Below, piece after piece: positions 62,688 to 64,000 of a stretch of 64,000 nucleotides of DNA. Numbering within the stretch: position 1 is the first letter of the stretch; each line of letters opens with the position of its first letter. The translations under genes and the position numbers were made by a program. Source of the DNA: Camelus ferus (taxonomy: Eukaryota); NCBI RefSeq assembly GCF_009834535.1, contig NC_045701.1, forward strand, positions 52,452,001 to 52,516,000. The letters run 5' to 3'. The notes below the pieces were generated by a model. The model saw only the letters and a program-made list of their open reading frames with translations. It ran no database searches and had not been told where the DNA came from.

Positions 62688-63045
62688 GTNNNNNNNNNNN
62701 NNNNNNNNNNNNNNNNNNNNNNNNNNNNNNNNNNNNNNNNNNNNNNNNNNNNNNNNNNNNNNNNNNNNNNNNNNNNNNNNNNNNNNNNNNNNNNNNNNNN
62801 NNNNNNNNNNNNNNNNNNNNNNNNNNNNNNNNNNNNNNNNNNNNNNNNNNNNNNGAGAGCTCCCTCGTCCCTTTTNNNNNNNNNNNNNNNNNNNNNNNNN
62901 NNNNNNNNNNNNNNNNNNNNNNNNNNNNNNNNNNNNNNNNNNNNNNNNNNNNNNNNNNNNNNNNNNNNNNNNNNNNNNNNNNNNNNNNNNNNNNNNNNNN
63001 NNNNNNNNNNNNNNNNNNTGGTATTTTTTGTTATAGCAGCAAAGG
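62688..63045 (+). mobile_element. MLT1A0/MST-like MaLR solo LTR, mostly N
   Basis: Only gagagctccctcgtccctt and tggtattttttgttatagcagc are visible; both match the recalled consensus at about the expected spacing. Confidence 0.7.
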
Positions 63046-64000
63046 CACACACATACACATACAAACACACACTTATACACACACACAAATGCACCTTGTA
63101 CATAAACAATTTACCACTTGCTTGAACTCCAAAATGGAGATTAAACCTCTAAAAATATTATTTTCAGAAATAGTTGGGCTGAAGAGAAGTTTTTGCTAGG
63201 TGGGAGGTTGGTGCATAAGTACAGAAAGGCAAAGTAAACATTGTTTTCCACTTAAACTTGTGTATTCAGTTAGGCTCAGTTTAGAAATTATTGAGGAGCC
63301 ATTCAAAGCCGATCTCAAGACACACACTTTAAGAGGAAATTACTTAAGGCAATGAAGCAGGGCTATACTCCCCACCAGTCTGTGGGTGAAGCCACAGCGG
63401 CATGAAGCCCGTCAGCGGGAGCCGACGCCCCTGCCGCAGTCAGCAGGGCAGTCCCCGCGCTGCCGCGGTGAGTCATCCTTGCTCACAGCCTGGCGTCTCC
63501 CCCAGGGAAGTGTCACAGGGAGATGCCGTGACATTTCCCCAGTTCTACTTATTCTGATCAACGACCGGGAGCCATGTGGTTGATGCTTTCCAGGGTATGG
63601 ACTTTACCTTCTGCTGCTGCTGCTTTTTTTTTTTTTCATCTTAAAAATAGTTTTTTTTTTCGCCTGCCATATAAGCAATATATGCGCTTTGTAGACATTT
63701 TGGTCAATGCAGAAAAACAGAACTGAGACCAAAATATCACCTCTATGTCAAGCAGTGGTCATATTTTGGCATATTTCCTTCTCGTCTTTCCATTGTGGTT
63801 TCCAGGATAAAGAGGACTGGAGTCCATCTCTCTGCGAAAAGGAGGTAATTCCAGGACAAGAAAATCTTCCTGGCAGAGACACCAAGAGACCCGAGTTCTA
63901 ATCCCAGCTCCACCACAGTGGTGCTTGTGGCCGGGGGCGCTGCCCACCCTCCTGAAGCCACCCCTAGGATTAGCCCAGTAGTCGGATGTTGTGGGCCTGG

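Larger units (their letters stand above)
16521..63018. other. Six N-runs: 16521-16688, 34678-34806, 50674-50865, 51128-51283, 62690-62854, 62876-63018
   Basis: Counted directly: 168, 129, 192, 156, 165 and 143 nt; each lies inside an L1 or MLT1 element. Confidence 0.95.

Noticed and set aside
1-64000. Known miRNA, snoRNA, snRNA, rRNA, processed pseudogene or CRISPR array
   Set aside because: No match to mature sequences I remember and no repeat-spacer periodicity; a by-eye scan cannot exclude poorly known RNAs, so an Rfam/miRBase search is still needed

Overview
Non-coding eutherian genomic DNA (intergenic or deep intronic), most likely from a camelid. The basis is a tRNA-Ala(AGC)-derived SINE of the camelid vic-1 type, cetartiodactyl-type L1 3' ends, and no Bov-tA/BovB/CHR/PRE-1 elements that I could recognise. 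I found no protein-coding exon, RNA gene, known miRNA or pseudogene; all listed ORFs look spurious or repeat-derived. Much of the window is interspersed repeats (L1, L2, MIR, MaLR/MLT1, ERV1 LTR, hAT MERs), identified from my recollection of consensus sequences, so subfamily names and old-element boundaries are approximate. Six N-runs all fall inside high-copy repeats. Best candidates for follow-up: a MITE-like palindrome built from two ERV1 LTR ends (37.5 kb); a solo ERV1 LTR with a degenerate poly(A) signal upstream of a CpG patch and strong splice donor (19.2-20.1 kb); a CTCF motif with upstream module (1.9 kb); a TATA-plus-donor candidate first exon (43.0 kb); a twin-primed 5'-inverted L1 (54.1 kb); and several CpG-retaining motif clusters. 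I could not support a genuinely new biological system from sequence alone.
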